64,000 bases of DNA from an uncultured delta proteobacterium (GCA_963760795.1 CAVXEP010000003.1:1-64000), one strand, 5' to 3'; positions 20,449-33,882 are shown, counted from the stretch's first letter. Numbers and translations are program-made. Notes: a model not told the origin generated them from the sequence alone.

Positions 20449-21069
20449 AGATTGCACTGTCGGATGCTATTCGAGATTCGTTAACGATGTCGGTAGCTTT
20501 GGCGAGTTTGGCGAAAAATCATGCAGCCGTTGGCGCGACAACAGCCAAACCCTGATAGGTTTGAGATTACGAAATTTGACACAATTTCATATCTTTGTCA
20601 TGCGATGACATCCAATGGCGACCGCTGTACCAGTTTTTCTACGCAGATGTCTTAACGGGTTCTGGAGCGTTATTTCCCCGAGTTGCGCGATTCTTCGTGT
20701 GTAGAGGCTATGTCACAATTCTTTCGGACCCCTCGACAAAGCTCACGGATAAGTACTTGAATTCGTGATCGAGCGATACCGTTGTGGTGAGGTCTTGAAC
20801 CATGAACGGCACTGCTTTTGAACCCATCGGTAATCTGCCGATCGATCTACCCTTGGTACAGCTTGCCAATCCTCCATTCTTTCGGCTCCTGAGCCGAGCT
20901 TTAGCCCTCGCTCCGCCGGCGCGTCCCCTGCTAGCTCCGTAATATTCACCGGTACCGAGGGTTTTCTACTTTCCCCATGGCACCTTGCGGTCGGCGAAAC
21001 TCACCGCAAAACGTCTGAGGAAAGCGTCCACGGGAGAGGAACTGCCTATAAGGCAAAGAATACCCGAGC

Positions 21070-21084
21070 TGGCACCCTTCGTGC
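21070..21084 (+). promoter_or_regulatory. sigma54 promoter
   Basis: TGGCACCCTTCGTGC, 15 bp before ATG at 21099. Confidence 0.55.
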
Positions 21085-21098
21085 TCTAGCTATCAACC

Positions 21099-21488
21099 AT
21101 GCAGATCACCAACAAGAAAGTTTTGATCGTCGACGGTAACGACGCCTTTCGCGCATCCCTCGGAACCTTTCTCAAAGGTTTAGGACATGAGGTCTTCGAA
21201 GGCGCCACGGGCCAGGAGGCCCTCGACCAGGCTTCCAGCATCCATCCGGATTTGATCATGATGGACGTGCGCTTGCCGGTAATAAACGGCGACGAAGTCA
21301 CCGCCCGACTAAAGTCGAATCGCGCCACCCGCAACATCCCTGTGGTGATCAACACCGGCTGGACCACCGCCTGCAATATCGAAGACCGCATCGACCGCGC
21401 CCGCAACGCCGGCGCCGCCGAGATTCTCTACAAGCCGCTGCAATTTCCCATGCTGCGCGATGTCTTGCGCACGTATCTGATGGTCTAA
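21099..21488 (+). CDS. Single-domain response regulator
   Basis: VLIVDG, LIMMDVRLP, NTG, YKP. Confidence 0.88.
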   Translation: MQITNKKVLIVDGNDAFRASLGTFLKGLGHEVFEGATGQEALDQASSIHPDLIMMDVRLPVINGDEVTARLKSNRATRNIPVVINTGWTTACNIEDRIDRARNAGAAEILYKPLQFPMLRDVLRTYLMV

Positions 21489-21689
21489 AGCGAGAGCCGG
21501 TGCGCTTGGGCATGCAATAGCGTCTCGCATGGCGCGCCCGCCAGAGGGGTAATTTTTTACCGCTCGGTTTCGCGCAACTAATTAACCCGTAGGCCAAATC
21601 AAGAAATTATTTGCAATTGGGCGACCAAACCTTTCGGTTTGTCGCCTTCGCGCGCGCCGGGGCAGGTTCGCCAAGCGGTCCGGCGCCGC

Positions 21690-21838
21690 CAGTAGAGGAG
21701 GTCGAGACTCGTTCCCTCGAGTTAGATGAACGGGAACGACTGCGGGCGGCTTTGAATAAGCACAAAGGCCGCAAGTTGGAAGCGGCAGCGGAACTCGGCA
21801 TCAGCCGGTCAACGCTTTGCGCAAGCTCTATAATTTAA
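21690..21838 (+). pseudogene. C-terminal Fis-type HTH remnant of an enhancer-binding protein
   Basis: ERERLRAALNKHKGRKLEAAAELGISRSTL without an upstream AAA domain. Confidence 0.65.
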
Positions 21839-21968
21839 TCTGCGCTGACAAGCCTTTGGCGATTGTTGCTATTGAGGCGGGGAGCCAATGCGTAAAGGAT
21901 CTGCGCAATTCATGAAAGCAGCCGTAGGAGTTCTTCTGCCTCGAATCCGGCCAATTTGGTTGTCCTAT

Positions 21969-22457
21969 CTATGTTTCTTCCCCGGGTCGATTCGATCCTC
22001 TAGCTTTAGGCGCGGTTTTTTTGCAGTCCGGGCATAAGCCTTCAAGATAAACCGAGAAATCCACGATCTCGAATCCGGTTCGACGGGCATCAGGAAACGG
22101 AAGCCGGCTAAGAGCTGGATCGTCAAAATCGACTACCTTATCGCACCGGACACATACCAGGTGGTGGTGGTGATCGACATTACCGTCGAATCGAGCCATC
22201 GCGGCAACATGACTGGTTTTTCTGGAAACCCCGAGATCGACAAAAGTCTCCAAGGTGCGGTACACCGTAGTACGTGACACCCCGCGGATTCTGTCTTTGA
22301 CGTCCTCATAGACCTGATCGATGGTAGGGTGATCGTGGCGGTCCAATAACGCCTCGAAAATCGCCCGGCGTTGCACCGTCATGGGTATCCCCCGCTCACG
22401 ACATTTGGCCTCGAGACTGCCGATCTTTCCTTGCCTATCTAATTTGACCTTGCTCAT
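21969..22457 (-). CDS. Fur/PerR-family transcriptional regulator
   Basis: TVQRRAI, HPT, SRTTVYRTL, RFD....HHHLVCVRC, GLCPDC; downstream of catalase genes. Confidence 0.9.
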   Translation of the reverse strand: MSKVKLDRQGKIGSLEAKCRERGIPMTVQRRAIFEALLDRHDHPTIDQVYEDVKDRIRGVSRTTVYRTLETFVDLGVSRKTSHVAAMARFDGNVDHHHHLVCVRCDKVVDFDDPALSRLPFPDARRTGFEIVDFSVYLEGLCPDCKKTAPKARGSNRPGEET

Positions 22458-22652
22458 GTTCCTCCCTTGGAACCGAGGGCTCTCCCTGTCCAACGAATCA
22501 CAAGGAACAATTTATACTATCTAGGCGGGCGGCGGAATGGGCGCAAACCCAGTCCCATTTCAATGTCATCAATTGTCGGCCGGATCGGACATGTAATATT
22601 GGCGCGCCGGAATATCGCTTGGCATAGCACTAATTACCATTGCTAGGCGAAG

Positions 22653-22690
22653 AACATCCCGGTTCAGCGGGCGACGCAGCGCGCCGCATT
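22653..22690 (-). mobile_element. 3' half of a second attC-like site
   Basis: Minus strand CCGCTGAACCGGGATGTT is 17/18 identical to the 3' end of the katG attC. Confidence 0.55.
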
Positions 22691-23228
22691 GACCGGAATG
22701 AGATGATGATTCACACCCAAGCGATAACGCTGGGCGTCGCCGTAGGAGAACAGGCGCCCCTGCAACATTTTGTCGGGAGAGAAGCCGATGCCGGGCACGA
22801 TGCTGGCGGGATTGAAACCCGCCTGCTCCACTTCCGCGAAAAAGTTTTCCGGATTGCGGTTGTGTTCCATCACACCCACATCGATCGGCAGGCCGTCTCT
22901 ATGCAGCCAGACCCGGGTGAGATCGAACGGGTGGTAGGGCAGTTTGGCCACGTCCTTTTCCGCCATGACCTTTACTTTAAGCGTCGATTTCGGGAAATCG
23001 CCCATTTCGATGCTCTCGTAGAGATCGCGCTGATGGTTCTCACGGTCTTTGCCGACGATCGCCTCGGCTTCCGCAGCGGTCAGGTTCTCGATGCCCTGTT
23101 GCGATCTGAGGTGAAACTTGACCAAGTAGCACTCGTTCTTCGCGTTGAGGAAGCTAGAGGTACGGCTGCCGAAACCGTGCATGTGGCGGTAGGTGCGGGA
23201 ATGCCCCGGTCGCTCATGACGATGGTAA
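22671..23228 (-). pseudogene. katA: Monofunctional heme catalase remnant, downstream part
   Basis: [20 protein letters not shown]...[26 protein letters not shown]; truncated after VNAARC. Confidence 0.9.
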
Positions 23229-25558
<2,330 letters not shown>

Positions 25559-25559
25559 C

Positions 25560-25702
25560 CTGGCGCAAGACTTCCGGTTGTTTTTCGCGCTGCGCAAGTT
25601 GGCGCGCGGGTCGCGCTTCACCGCATGATTCAAATCCCCAAACTTCAGCGGATCGCGCATAAAAAATACCGGCGTGTCGTTGCCGACCAGATCCCAAGTT
25701 GC
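25560..25702 (-). pseudogene. katA: Monofunctional catalase remnant, upstream part
   Basis: [40 protein letters not shown], then PEVLRQ(V), matching conserved PEALHQV. Confidence 0.88.
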
Positions 25703-25885
25703 ATAACTATTGCAACAAACAATTCTTGTCAAGTCTTACTAAATAATTTGAAAACTTTCCAGGCCAGGGGCATTTATGCGCATGGAGGCAACATGATACT
25801 GATCTCTTCATGCTTAGTGACTATCCTCGCGCCCACCGAACTCATCCCAGCACGGTTTCAACCTTCCTTCCATGCGATTCGCGGC

Positions 25886-26031
25886 GCTATAGAAATGCCG
25901 CACCTTAACGCAATTCTCAATCGTCAAACCAGCAACCCCATAAAGCGATTAAATTGGAGCCTCCTGGCGAAGCCGCTTGATATTTGTCGCATCTGCGAAA
26001 TTCACCGAAACAACCTCGCAGTTTTACGAAT
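25886..26031 (-). promoter_or_regulatory. Putative sigma54 promoter plus tandem degenerate enhancer sites upstream of catalase locus
   Basis: CGGCATTTCTATAGC (25900-25886); partial TTTCGCA-N4-TGCGAAA matches at 25983 and 26014. Confidence 0.4.
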
Positions 26032-26087
26032 TCAGTAAATTCAACGAACCCGCCGGAGGATCGACGCCTTCGTGGTGAATGGAGGAT

Positions 26088-27284
26088 TCACAATGGCTCT
26101 ACTACGCCCGCCGTTTCCCGCGCGATGATCGCTTCCTCATCGGTGTGAATGACGAAGACATCGAGCTTCGATTGAGCCGCGGAGATTCTGCCATCGCGGC
26201 CGATCACGCTCTCATTGCCGGCATCGTCCAGGTTTAACCCACACCACTCCATGCCGCCGAGAAGGTTCTTTCGCACCAAGGGCGAGTTTTCACCGATGCC
26301 GCCGCTAAAGATCACCGCGTCGGCCCTGCCCTCTAGCACCGCCAGATAGGCGCCCATATACTTGCGCGCGCGGTAACAAAACACATCGATCGCCAGCCGC
26401 GCGCGCGGATTGGTGTGGTACGCCGCGGTTAGTTCGCGCATGTCGTTCGAGAGTCCGGAAAGGCCGAGCAGCCCCGAGCGTTTGTTGAGCCAACTCTCAA
26501 CCTCCGCCGCGTCCACTTGCTCCTTGCACGCTAAATAACTCACCAGCGCCGGATCGAGATCGCCCGAGCGCGTGCCCATCACCAATCCTTCGAGCGGCGT
26601 GAAGCCCATTGAAGTGTCGACCGATTGGCCGTCGCGAATCGCCGTCGCCGAGCAGCCGTTGCCCAAGTGCAGCGTGACGGCGCTTACCTGCGCAACCGGC
26701 TTTCCGATCAACTCAGCGTAGCGCCCGACATCGTACCGATGCGCCAAGCCATGAAAGCCATAGCGGCGAATTTTATGCTTGAGCGACAACTCGTACGGAA
26801 TCGCGTAGAACGCCGCCGTCTCGGGAATCGTGTGATGAAAGGACGTATCGAACGCCGCCACCATCGGCACGGCGTCGCCGAGAATCTTGCGCGCCGCGCG
26901 AATGCCGCTGACAGCGCCGGGATTGTGCAACGGCGCGATCTCACAGAGCCCTTGGAGTTCAGCGATCACTGCGTCGTCAATCAGCACCGAATCAGCGAAG
27001 CGATCGGCGCCATGCACCACCCGATGGCCCACCGCATCGATGGCGCGCAAATTCGGCTGCGACCGCAGCCAATCGATCACCAGGCGCACGGCAACGTCGT
27101 GGTTGGCAACCGCCAACGCCTTCTCTTCCGGCGCGCCGCTGTCAGTTTTGAAGGAATAAGCCGCCGACCCGCCGATGTGGTCGACGATGCCGTGTGCGAG
27201 TTTTCGCGAATCCACCCGACTTTCGGTCTCAATGACCTGGAACTTGAGAGTTGCGCTGCCGCAGTTGAGTACTAGTATCTTCAT
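26088..27284 (-). CDS. ackA: Acetate kinase
   Basis: ILVLNCGS, VGHRVVHG, APLHNP, FDTSFH, RRYGFHG, HLGNG, DTSMGFTPLEGLVMGTRSGDLDP. Confidence 0.96.
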   Translation of the reverse strand: MKILVLNCGSATLKFQVIETESRVDSRKLAHGIVDHIGGSAAYSFKTDSGAPEEKALAVANHDVAVRLVIDWLRSQPNLRAIDAVGHRVVHGADRFADSVLIDDAVIAELQGLCEIAPLHNPGAVSGIRAARKILGDAVPMVAAFDTSFHHTIPETAAFYAIPYELSLKHKIRRYGFHGLAHRYDVGRYAELIGKPVAQVSAVTLHLGNGCSATAIRDGQSVDTSMGFTPLEGLVMGTRSGDLDPALVSYLACKEQVDAAEVESWLNKRSGLLGLSGLSNDMRELTAAYHTNPRARLAIDVFCYRARKYMGAYLAVLEGRADAVIFSGGIGENSPLVRKNLLGGMEWCGLNLDDAGNESVIGRDGRISAAQSKLDVFVIHTDEEAIIARETAGVVEPL

Positions 27285-27658
27285 GACAGAACTTTATCTG
27301 ACCGTCTTCGTTGTTCAACTTCGTTACAAGTACGCCTTCAAGACATCCTGTTGCAGCATGCGGTGAGTATTGAAGAAGAGCCGTTGAGGGCGATCGCATG
27401 GCCATCACGTCGATGAAGTCGTCGCGATTGTAAACAAAGCAGCGGCATGACGATTTGTTCGAGCTTGTCGCAAAGCAACGCCGCGTCTATGCTATGATCC
27501 TGTGATTGTCCGTGTATTGCCAAAACGTCAAAATGAGCGAGTTACTTCGCTGGTCCGTCAAACGACTCGCGCGCGGTATAGTGCAGCACTCAAACATTTG
27601 GCTCAGTTTGATTTACATCGGTAAAATCTTCGTTCGCTTTTTGATTTCTCGGTAGCGG

Positions 27659-27684
27659 GCGGGCGGGAGTTTCTTCCCGCCCGC
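27659..27684 (-). terminator. GC-rich hairpin after DoxX gene
   Basis: GCGGGCGGGA...TCCCGCCCGC 10-bp stem; no strong U tract. Confidence 0.45.
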
Positions 27685-27702
27685 GATTCAGTCTTCGTTG
27701 CG

Positions 27703-28269
27703 TTACGACACCTTAACTATTCGACGTCCTTCGAACACAGGTCCAGGCTTCCAAGGAGTCCCTAAGGCGGGCAGCAGCCAGCGATCGAGACCGATCCATC
27801 CCGCGTTCCGCCACGCCAGCACCAACCAGGTGGCGATGGCGAAGAGCATGCCGTTAGTCGACGCCGATCCGGCCATGATAAAGCTCCAGTTCATCATGCC
27901 CCCGAAGAACGCGGCGACACCGACAAACGCTCCAAGAATCAAACCGGCAGCGATGGCGAGCTCGCCAAAAATAATCACTTTGGCGAACCAAGTGTGGGCC
28001 TCAGCGCTCACCAAGTACTCGATGAAACCGCGGTACCAGTCGAAGGATATGGCCGGCTTTGGCGTCATCTTGAGACCCCGCTGCCAATACTCAAGCAAAG
28101 CCTCGCCCGTTCCCATCCACTTGGGATCGACGAACTTATGCCAACCCGCCTCGAACCACATGTAACCAAGATACAAACGCAGCGGCAGCCAAAGCCAACC
28201 GAAGCGGATATCGCTAAACAAAAGTCGCGCGATACGCGGCTCTTCAATCATCACTCTCTCTGTGCTCAT
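27703..28269 (-). CDS. DoxX/DoxD-family membrane protein
   Basis: RLYLGY.WFEAGWHK, GELAI..GLILG, MAGSASTN, AGWIGLDRW. Confidence 0.88.
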   Translation of the reverse strand: MSTERVMIEEPRIARLLFSDIRFGWLWLPLRLYLGYMWFEAGWHKFVDPKWMGTGEALLEYWQRGLKMTPKPAISFDWYRGFIEYLVSAEAHTWFAKVIIFGELAIAAGLILGAFVGVAAFFGGMMNWSFIMAGSASTNGMLFAIATWLVLAWRNAGWIGLDRWLLPALGTPWKPGPVFEGRRIVKVS

Positions 28270-28322
28270 AATCTGGCCTCCATTTATTAGTCTGTTTTAG
28301 TCTCGGTTGTCTTTTGTAAAGC

Positions 28323-28436
28323 GCAATCGATATGCCAGCTGATTTCCTCTGAGAATCTCGGCAAACTGGAGACCGTGCCGTCAAATTCTTCTCACCCGCT
28401 GGAATTGAAACTGGATAATTTCGCAGGGCTGCGAAT
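28323..28436 (-). promoter_or_regulatory. sigma54 promoter with tandem upstream palindromes
   Basis: TGGCATATCGATTGC (28337-28323); CTTCTCA-cccg-CTGGAAT (28388); TTTCGCA-gggc-TGCGAAT (28419). Confidence 0.7.
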
Positions 28437-28632
28437 TCCGTGTCGCTAAAATGCGGGGCGGAGTACCGCCCGAAAATCGGTTCGTGTATGTCCCGCGAGC
28501 GATACGGTCTACTGACGACGCGACCACTCCACCGAGCTACGGCGAACCGGAGCCGCGATCAAGTTCAGCAGGTAGCGATGAGATCCGCAGCGAGCTACGG
28601 AGTGCCCTTGAGGGGAATCGCAATCGCGATCA

Positions 28633-30186
28633 TCAATGGCGGGCGAGTCTTGTGCGCAGGAATTTCTCGCAGGCAACCGCCAGCGTATCGAGAGTTGCAT
28701 CGGTGTCGAGCTCCAAACGGGCAGCCTCGGGGATATCGTCCAGTGCTTCAAAGGCGTCTTTTTGTTGCTCATAGATTTCCCAGCGGCCATCCGACACGTC
28801 CGTCCCTACGCCCGCCCGTTGCGCCAATCGTTCTTGGGTAATATCGTCTGAAACCATGCAGTGAATCGCCAGCAATGGAATCCGGTGCTTTTGCGCCAAG
28901 CCAAGAATCTTTTGCCGCTGGGAACGTTTCACAAAAGTACCATCGAGAATAACCCCGCGCCCGCTGAGGATCAGCTTCTCCGCCTCCCGGGCCATCTTCG
29001 CGTAGGTTTTCTCGGTCATGCGAGCGCTGTAGATGCCCTGGTTGTAGGGGGCCGGTTGGCGGCCCTGCTTTCCCGCCAGCATTTTTCGCACAACGTCCGA
29101 ATTGATCGTCGGCACTCCCGTGCGCTCGCTCAGCTCTCGCGCCAGGGTCGACTTGCCGCTGCCGGTTAGACCGCTGACGATGGCGATGAACGGCTGCAGC
29201 GGCTGCCAAGCGAGACGCGCCGCGTAGCGCGCATAGCGCCGCGCGCTGTCGAATCCGCTTTCACCCCGCAAAGCGTAGACCTTGGCGCGCACCAGGGCGC
29301 GATAACACTTCCAAAACGGCAACAATTCGTCCGCCTCGGCATCGTCGATCGACTCGCGGTAGCGTTGGAGAAACGGCGCAATCAGGCTGCCGCCGCCGCG
29401 CACTTCTATGTCCATGAGCAAAAATGCGATTTCAGAGGCGAGATCGCATTGGCGAAATTTCGGCTCGAACTCGATGCAGTCGAAGATCTGAATCCCTTCC
29501 GGAGCGAAACAAACATGTTCGGTGTGCAGATCGCCGTGGACATCGCGCAGCCATCCATTTGCCGCGCGCCGTTTGAGACTCTCGCAGTGGCGCAGGAAAA
29601 ACTCCGCGCCAAACTTTTCGAGGGCCTGGCAATTCTCCGGATCGATGACTTGGCTTGATGCCCGCGCCAAATCGGCAAGGTTGTCATTCCATTGCGCTTG
29701 CACCAGCGCTGAATAACGATCCGGGTCGATGCCGGTGACGCGCTCCGCGTCGCTGTGGAAGCGCGCCAACAGTTCCGCCAACGCGCGCATCATCGCGCCC
29801 GTCACCTGGCCGGTGTCCAGGAGAACGGTCAGCATGCGCTTGTCCGGCAACCGGCGCATCACCAGCGCATACTCCGCCGGCCCGGCCCATTCGCCCAGCC
29901 GCCAACCCAGATCGTCGAAGGCGATCGGCAGCACGTCTATATACACCGACGGCGCCAATCGCCGGTTGAGGCGTAGCTCTTCCAGCAGGAAATGGCGCCG
30001 CTTTTCTAACGTCGAGTAATCGAGAAAAGAGTAACGTACCGCTTTCTTCACCTTGTAGACCAGCTCACCGGCAAAGAAGAGGTGCGAGATATGGGTTTCT
30101 TTGTGACTCACGCTGGCCGGCGGTTTGGGATAGAACTCCGGCTGCAGCATCGCCGCCACCAACGAATCTTGGGTTTCTGAAGTCAT
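28633..30186 (-). CDS. Aminoglycoside-phosphotransferase-like + P-loop kinase fusion (Rv2004c-like)
   Basis: ETHIS, YKVKK, LNRRLAP, HGDLH, FDCIEF; GLTGSGKST, SDVVRK. Confidence 0.9.
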   Translation of the reverse strand: MTSETQDSLVAAMLQPEFYPKPPASVSHKETHISHLFFAGELVYKVKKAVRYSFLDYSTLEKRRHFLLEELRLNRRLAPSVYIDVLPIAFDDLGWRLGEWAGPAEYALVMRRLPDKRMLTVLLDTGQVTGAMMRALAELLARFHSDAERVTGIDPDRYSALVQAQWNDNLADLARASSQVIDPENCQALEKFGAEFFLRHCESLKRRAANGWLRDVHGDLHTEHVCFAPEGIQIFDCIEFEPKFRQCDLASEIAFLLMDIEVRGGGSLIAPFLQRYRESIDDAEADELLPFWKCYRALVRAKVYALRGESGFDSARRYARYAARLAWQPLQPFIAIVSGLTGSGKSTLARELSERTGVPTINSDVVRKMLAGKQGRQPAPYNQGIYSARMTEKTYAKMAREAEKLILSGRGVILDGTFVKRSQRQKILGLAQKHRIPLLAIHCMVSDDITQERLAQRAGVGTDVSDGRWEIYEQQKDAFEALDDIPEAARLELDTDATLDTLAVACEKFLRTRLARH

Positions 30187-30230
30187 CGAATTAGCTCTGG
30201 TAACTAATCCCGTATTCTCCACTCGCTAGC

Positions 30231-30406
30231 GCAATGAGTGTGCCACGGGGGACTAACCGGAACTTCGATAACTTTTCATGATAGCGGCAAAACTCTTCGC
30301 AGCCACAGGAATCGAAACCCGGCAGTTTCGCAGTTGTGCGAAAGACATTGATCGATTGGTTCACCTTGCCTGTGGCATTGAGAAAATTATCAGGCACAAT
30401 AATCGC
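30231..30406. promoter_or_regulatory. Divergent sigma54 promoters sharing tandem palindromes
   Basis: TGGCACACTCATTGC (-, 30245-30231); AGGCACAATAATCGC (+, 30392-30406); perfect TTTCGCA-gttg-TGCGAAA at 30326-30343 and a partner site at 30295. Confidence 0.75.
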
Positions 30407-30422
30407 AAAGAATCGGGTCATC

Positions 30423-31742
30423 ATGGCAAACCACCAACCTAATCTCAAAGACAACCTCGGCATTCTTGTCGGCGGCGGCCCCGCTCCTGGCATCAACGGC
30501 GTGATCGGCGCGATCACGCTCGAAGCGCGCACTCGCGCCCGCAAAGTCATCGGCATCTACGATGGTTTTCAATGGTTGATGCAGGGCGACGCCAACCATG
30601 CAAGAGAGCTCGACCACGACGACGTGTCGCGCGTCCATTTCCAAGGCGGCTCGATCTTGAATACCTCGCGCGCCAATCCAACCAAGAAGCCAGAGGATCT
30701 CAAGCGCGTTGTCGCATCCCTCGACAAACTCGGCATTGGCCATCTCGCCACCATCGGCGGCGACGACACCATGTACGCCGCCAGCGAAGTGGCCAAGGCA
30801 GCCGGGGGGCGCATCCGCGTCTGCCATGTGCCGAAGACAATAGATAATGATTTGCCGCTGCCGGGCGAGACACCGACTTTCGGTTTCGAAACCGCGCGCC
30901 AATTGGGCAGCGATCTGGTGCAGAATCTGATGGAGGACTCGCGCACCACCGGCCGCTGGTACTTTGTCGTCGTCATGGGCCGTTCCGCCGGTCATCTCGC
31001 CCTCGGCATCGGTAAGTCCACCGGCGCAACCCTGACCCTCATTCCCGAGGAATTTGCCGGCCCGATCCGTATGGCGACCGTATGCGACCTTCTGGAAGGG
31101 GCCATGCTCAAACGCCAAGCGCTATGGAATCGCTCCGACGGTGTCGCCGTGATCGCGGAAGGACTGCTGGAGCATATGGCCCCGGAAGAATTGCAAGGCA
31201 TCGAAGGCGTGCGCATCGCCCACGACAGCTACGGCCACCTGCGTCTAGCCGAGGTCGACCTTGCCTATGTTTTAAAGACCCTGGTCGAGCATCGCTTCGC
31301 CAGCCGCGGCGCGACAGCCGCGGTGGTGCACAAGAACATCGGCTACGAACTGCGCTCGGCGGCGCCCATCGCTTTCGACTGCGAGTACGTCCGCACCCTC
31401 GGCTACGGCGCCGTGGAGTTCTTGCTCAACCCAAGCGCAGCGGCGGCCAAGCTTAGCGGCGCTTTGGTTTGCCTGGTCAACGGCCAGCTCGATTACCTCG
31501 ATTTCACCAACTTGCAGGATCCCAAGACCGGCAAGACCCGCGTGCGCTCGGTGGACGTCAACACGCCGTCGTACCGGATCGCCCGCGAGTACATGATTCG
31601 CCTGGAGAAAGAAGACTTTCGCGACGACGAAAAGCTCCGGCAGCTGGCCCAGGCCGCGTCATCGGCGCAGCATTATTGCGCGCCGGAACAGTTTCGCGAC
31701 CGCTATCAATATCTGATCACCGATTTACGCGGCTGCAACTAA
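30423..31742 (+). CDS. pfp: PPi-dependent-type 6-phosphofructokinase
   Basis: [15 protein letters not shown] (Asp of PPi type), [19 protein letters not shown]. Confidence 0.85.
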   Translation: MANHQPNLKDNLGILVGGGPAPGINGVIGAITLEARTRARKVIGIYDGFQWLMQGDANHARELDHDDVSRVHFQGGSILNTSRANPTKKPEDLKRVVASLDKLGIGHLATIGGDDTMYAASEVAKAAGGRIRVCHVPKTIDNDLPLPGETPTFGFETARQLGSDLVQNLMEDSRTTGRWYFVVVMGRSAGHLALGIGKSTGATLTLIPEEFAGPIRMATVCDLLEGAMLKRQALWNRSDGVAVIAEGLLEHMAPEELQGIEGVRIAHDSYGHLRLAEVDLAYVLKTLVEHRFASRGATAAVVHKNIGYELRSAAPIAFDCEYVRTLGYGAVEFLLNPSAAAAKLSGALVCLVNGQLDYLDFTNLQDPKTGKTRVRSVDVNTPSYRIAREYMIRLEKEDFRDDEKLRQLAQAASSAQHYCAPEQFRDRYQYLITDLRGCN

Positions 31743-31753
31743 CAGGAGACGGC

Positions 31754-32780
31754 ATGGCAAGGAGCAATTCAACAAAAGTCGCGATCAATGGCTTCGGCCG
31801 GATTGGCCGCTTGGTGCTACGCACGTTACTTGAGCGCTGCAAGACAGAACTCGCGGTGGTCGCCATCAACGACATGGCGGATTTAAAAACCAATGCCCAT
31901 CTGTTCCGTTACGACTCGACCTACGGCCGCTACCCCGGCAAGGTCGAATGCGTCGACGGCGCGATCAACGTCGACGGCCAAACCATCGCCGTCCTCAATC
32001 AAAAGGATCCCGCCCGCCTGCCCTGGAAACAGCTTGGCGTCGATATCGTCATAGAAGCCACCGGGGTATTTACCGACGGCGCCCAAGTGCGCGCCCATCT
32101 GGACGCCGGCGCTAAGAAGGCGATCATCACCTCCCCGGCGACCAACGAAGACATCACCCTGGTGCTGGGCGTCAACGATGGCGACTACGACCCGCGCAAG
32201 CATCATATGGTGTCGAACGCCTCGTGCACGACCAATTGCCTGGCGCCGGTGGCCAAAGTGCTGCACGACAGCTTCGGCATCGAGCGCGGCCTGATGACAA
32301 CGACCCACGCCTACACCAACGACCAGAGGATTCTCGACCTGATGCACAAAGATCTGCGCCGCGCCCGCGCCGCGGCGGTGAACATCGTCCCCACCAGCAC
32401 CGGCGCCGCTAAAGCGATCGGCTTGGTCATGCCGGAGCTGAAAGGCAAACTGCACGGCATTTCCTTGCGCGTACCGACAGCGACGGTGTCCGTCGTCGAC
32501 TTGGTCGTCGATCTAAAGAAAGCCGCGTCCATCGAGGCGATCAACGCGGCGCTGCAGCAAAGCGCCGACGGCAAGATGAACGGCATTCTCGCCTATTGCG
32601 ACGAGCCGCTGGTATCCAGCGATTTTCGCGGCAACTCAGCGTCGTCCATCGTCGATGGACTTTCCACCGTGGTGCTTGAAGGCAAGATGGCCAAAGTTCT
32701 AAGTTGGTACGACAACGAGTGGGGCTACAGCTGCCGGGTCGCCGACTTGGCGAAACTGCTGGTAACCAGAGGGACTTTAA
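31754..32780 (+). CDS. gap: Type I glyceraldehyde-3-phosphate dehydrogenase (natural stop apparently shifted out of frame)
   Basis: [38 protein letters not shown]; AGGAG RBS; likely stop TAA at 32778. Confidence 0.93.
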
Positions 32781-32794
32781 CAAGGAGCAAAACC

Positions 32795-33184
32795 ATGATC
32801 GCCAAAGATATCATGACCCGTGACATCATCACCGTCGCTCCCACTATGAGCGTGAAGAACCTAGCCATGACGCTGATCAAGAATCAGATCAGCGGCGCGC
32901 CGGTGGCGGCCAAGAACGGCAAGATCCTCGGCGTGGTCTCGGAAGCCGACATCATTGGCAAGAGAGGTAAAGACGTCAAAGCGATCATGAGCAAGACCGT
33001 CATCAGCGTGAGCGAAGAGGCCTCGGTCGAAGAAATCGCCCGCTTGATGACCACTCACTCGATCAAACGCCTCCCGGTAATGAAGGACGGCGCCATCGTC
33101 GGCATCGTCAGCCGCGCCGACATCGTCAGCGCCATCGCCCAAGGCGAGCAGGTCGCGATCCACACGCCGATCTACGATCTGTAA
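32795..33184 (+). CDS. CBS-domain protein
   Basis: Own RBS AAGGAG; [34 protein letters not shown]. Confidence 0.88.
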   Translation: MIAKDIMTRDIITVAPTMSVKNLAMTLIKNQISGAPVAAKNGKILGVVSEADIIGKRGKDVKAIMSKTVISVSEEASVEEIARLMTTHSIKRLPVMKDGAIVGIVSRADIVSAIAQGEQVAIHTPIYDL

Positions 33185-33441
33185 AGCCGGTAGCCGCATG
33201 ATCTTCGGTTTCACTTCGCGCTACCGCAACACACACCTATGATCAATCGCCCTGAACCAGTTGGGCGCCGCCTGGTCAATCCTGCCCAAGACTCAAGCCG
33301 TGGCATTGATCCTTTTCATTGCTATCGTCAAAGCATTTCTGGTAGCTAGAAACGATAGCACTTGAAGAATGACCGATTCGTTTATCTCATCACTCAACCT
33401 TGAATTGCATCGACCGCGCCGGGCAAACAGGGCTATCGACT

Positions 33442-33882
33442 TCACGCTGGCCGCATCGACAGCACCGGGCAGCCAGCCCGCGCCACCACCTTGGCGGTGA
33501 CGCTGCCGAGCAGGACCTGCTGGAAGCCGGTGCGTCCATGGGTCGACATGACAATCAAATCGGCATTTTCTCGCTGCGCTTTTTCGACGATCTTATCGTG
33601 GGGCACGCCGGCCTCAACGATCTCCGTCACCTCGACTTGGTCCATCAGGTCGGCAAAGTGCTCTGTCATGAATGCATGCAGGCGTTCGCGCTGTTGCGGC
33701 AACAAGGCATTAGCGGGATTGAGCTTGTCGTCGCTGCCGAGCCAATCGCTGTCTTCGCTAATCACATGATAGACGACCACCGCCGCGCGCCGCTCCATTG
33801 CCAATTCTAGAGCATAGCGCAGCGCCGTTCGCGATAGATCTGACAGATCCGTCGGCGCGAGGATTTTGCTGGTTTTGATCAC
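33442..33882 (-). CDS. Universal stress protein
   Basis: ILAPTDLS, DLIVMSTHGRTG..LLGSVT.KVV..A.CPVL. Confidence 0.92.
   Translation of the reverse strand: MIKTSKILAPTDLSDLSRTALRYALELAMERRAAVVVYHVISEDSDWLGSDDKLNPANALLPQQRERLHAFMTEHFADLMDQVEVTEIVEAGVPHDKIVEKAQRENADLIVMSTHGRTGFQQVLLGSVTAKVVARAGCPVLSMRPA

Noticed and set aside
20975-21050. Possible c-di-GMP riboswitch (hairpin with GAAA loop)
   Set aside because: Only one stem is visible; GEMM consensus elements were not found
21930-22655. perR/fur as another integron cassette (GTTCTTC ... GAAGAAC flanks)
   Set aside because: The 7-bp complementarity exists, but the core is non-canonical and no attC stem-loop follows; may be chance
31469-33184. 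Apparent 571-aa GAPDH-CBS fusion
   Set aside because: Removing one G from AGAGGGACTTTAA restores RGL-stop at 32778-32780, and the CBS gene has its own AAGGAG RBS and ATG. Most likely an indel artefact. The N-terminal extension overlaps pfk.
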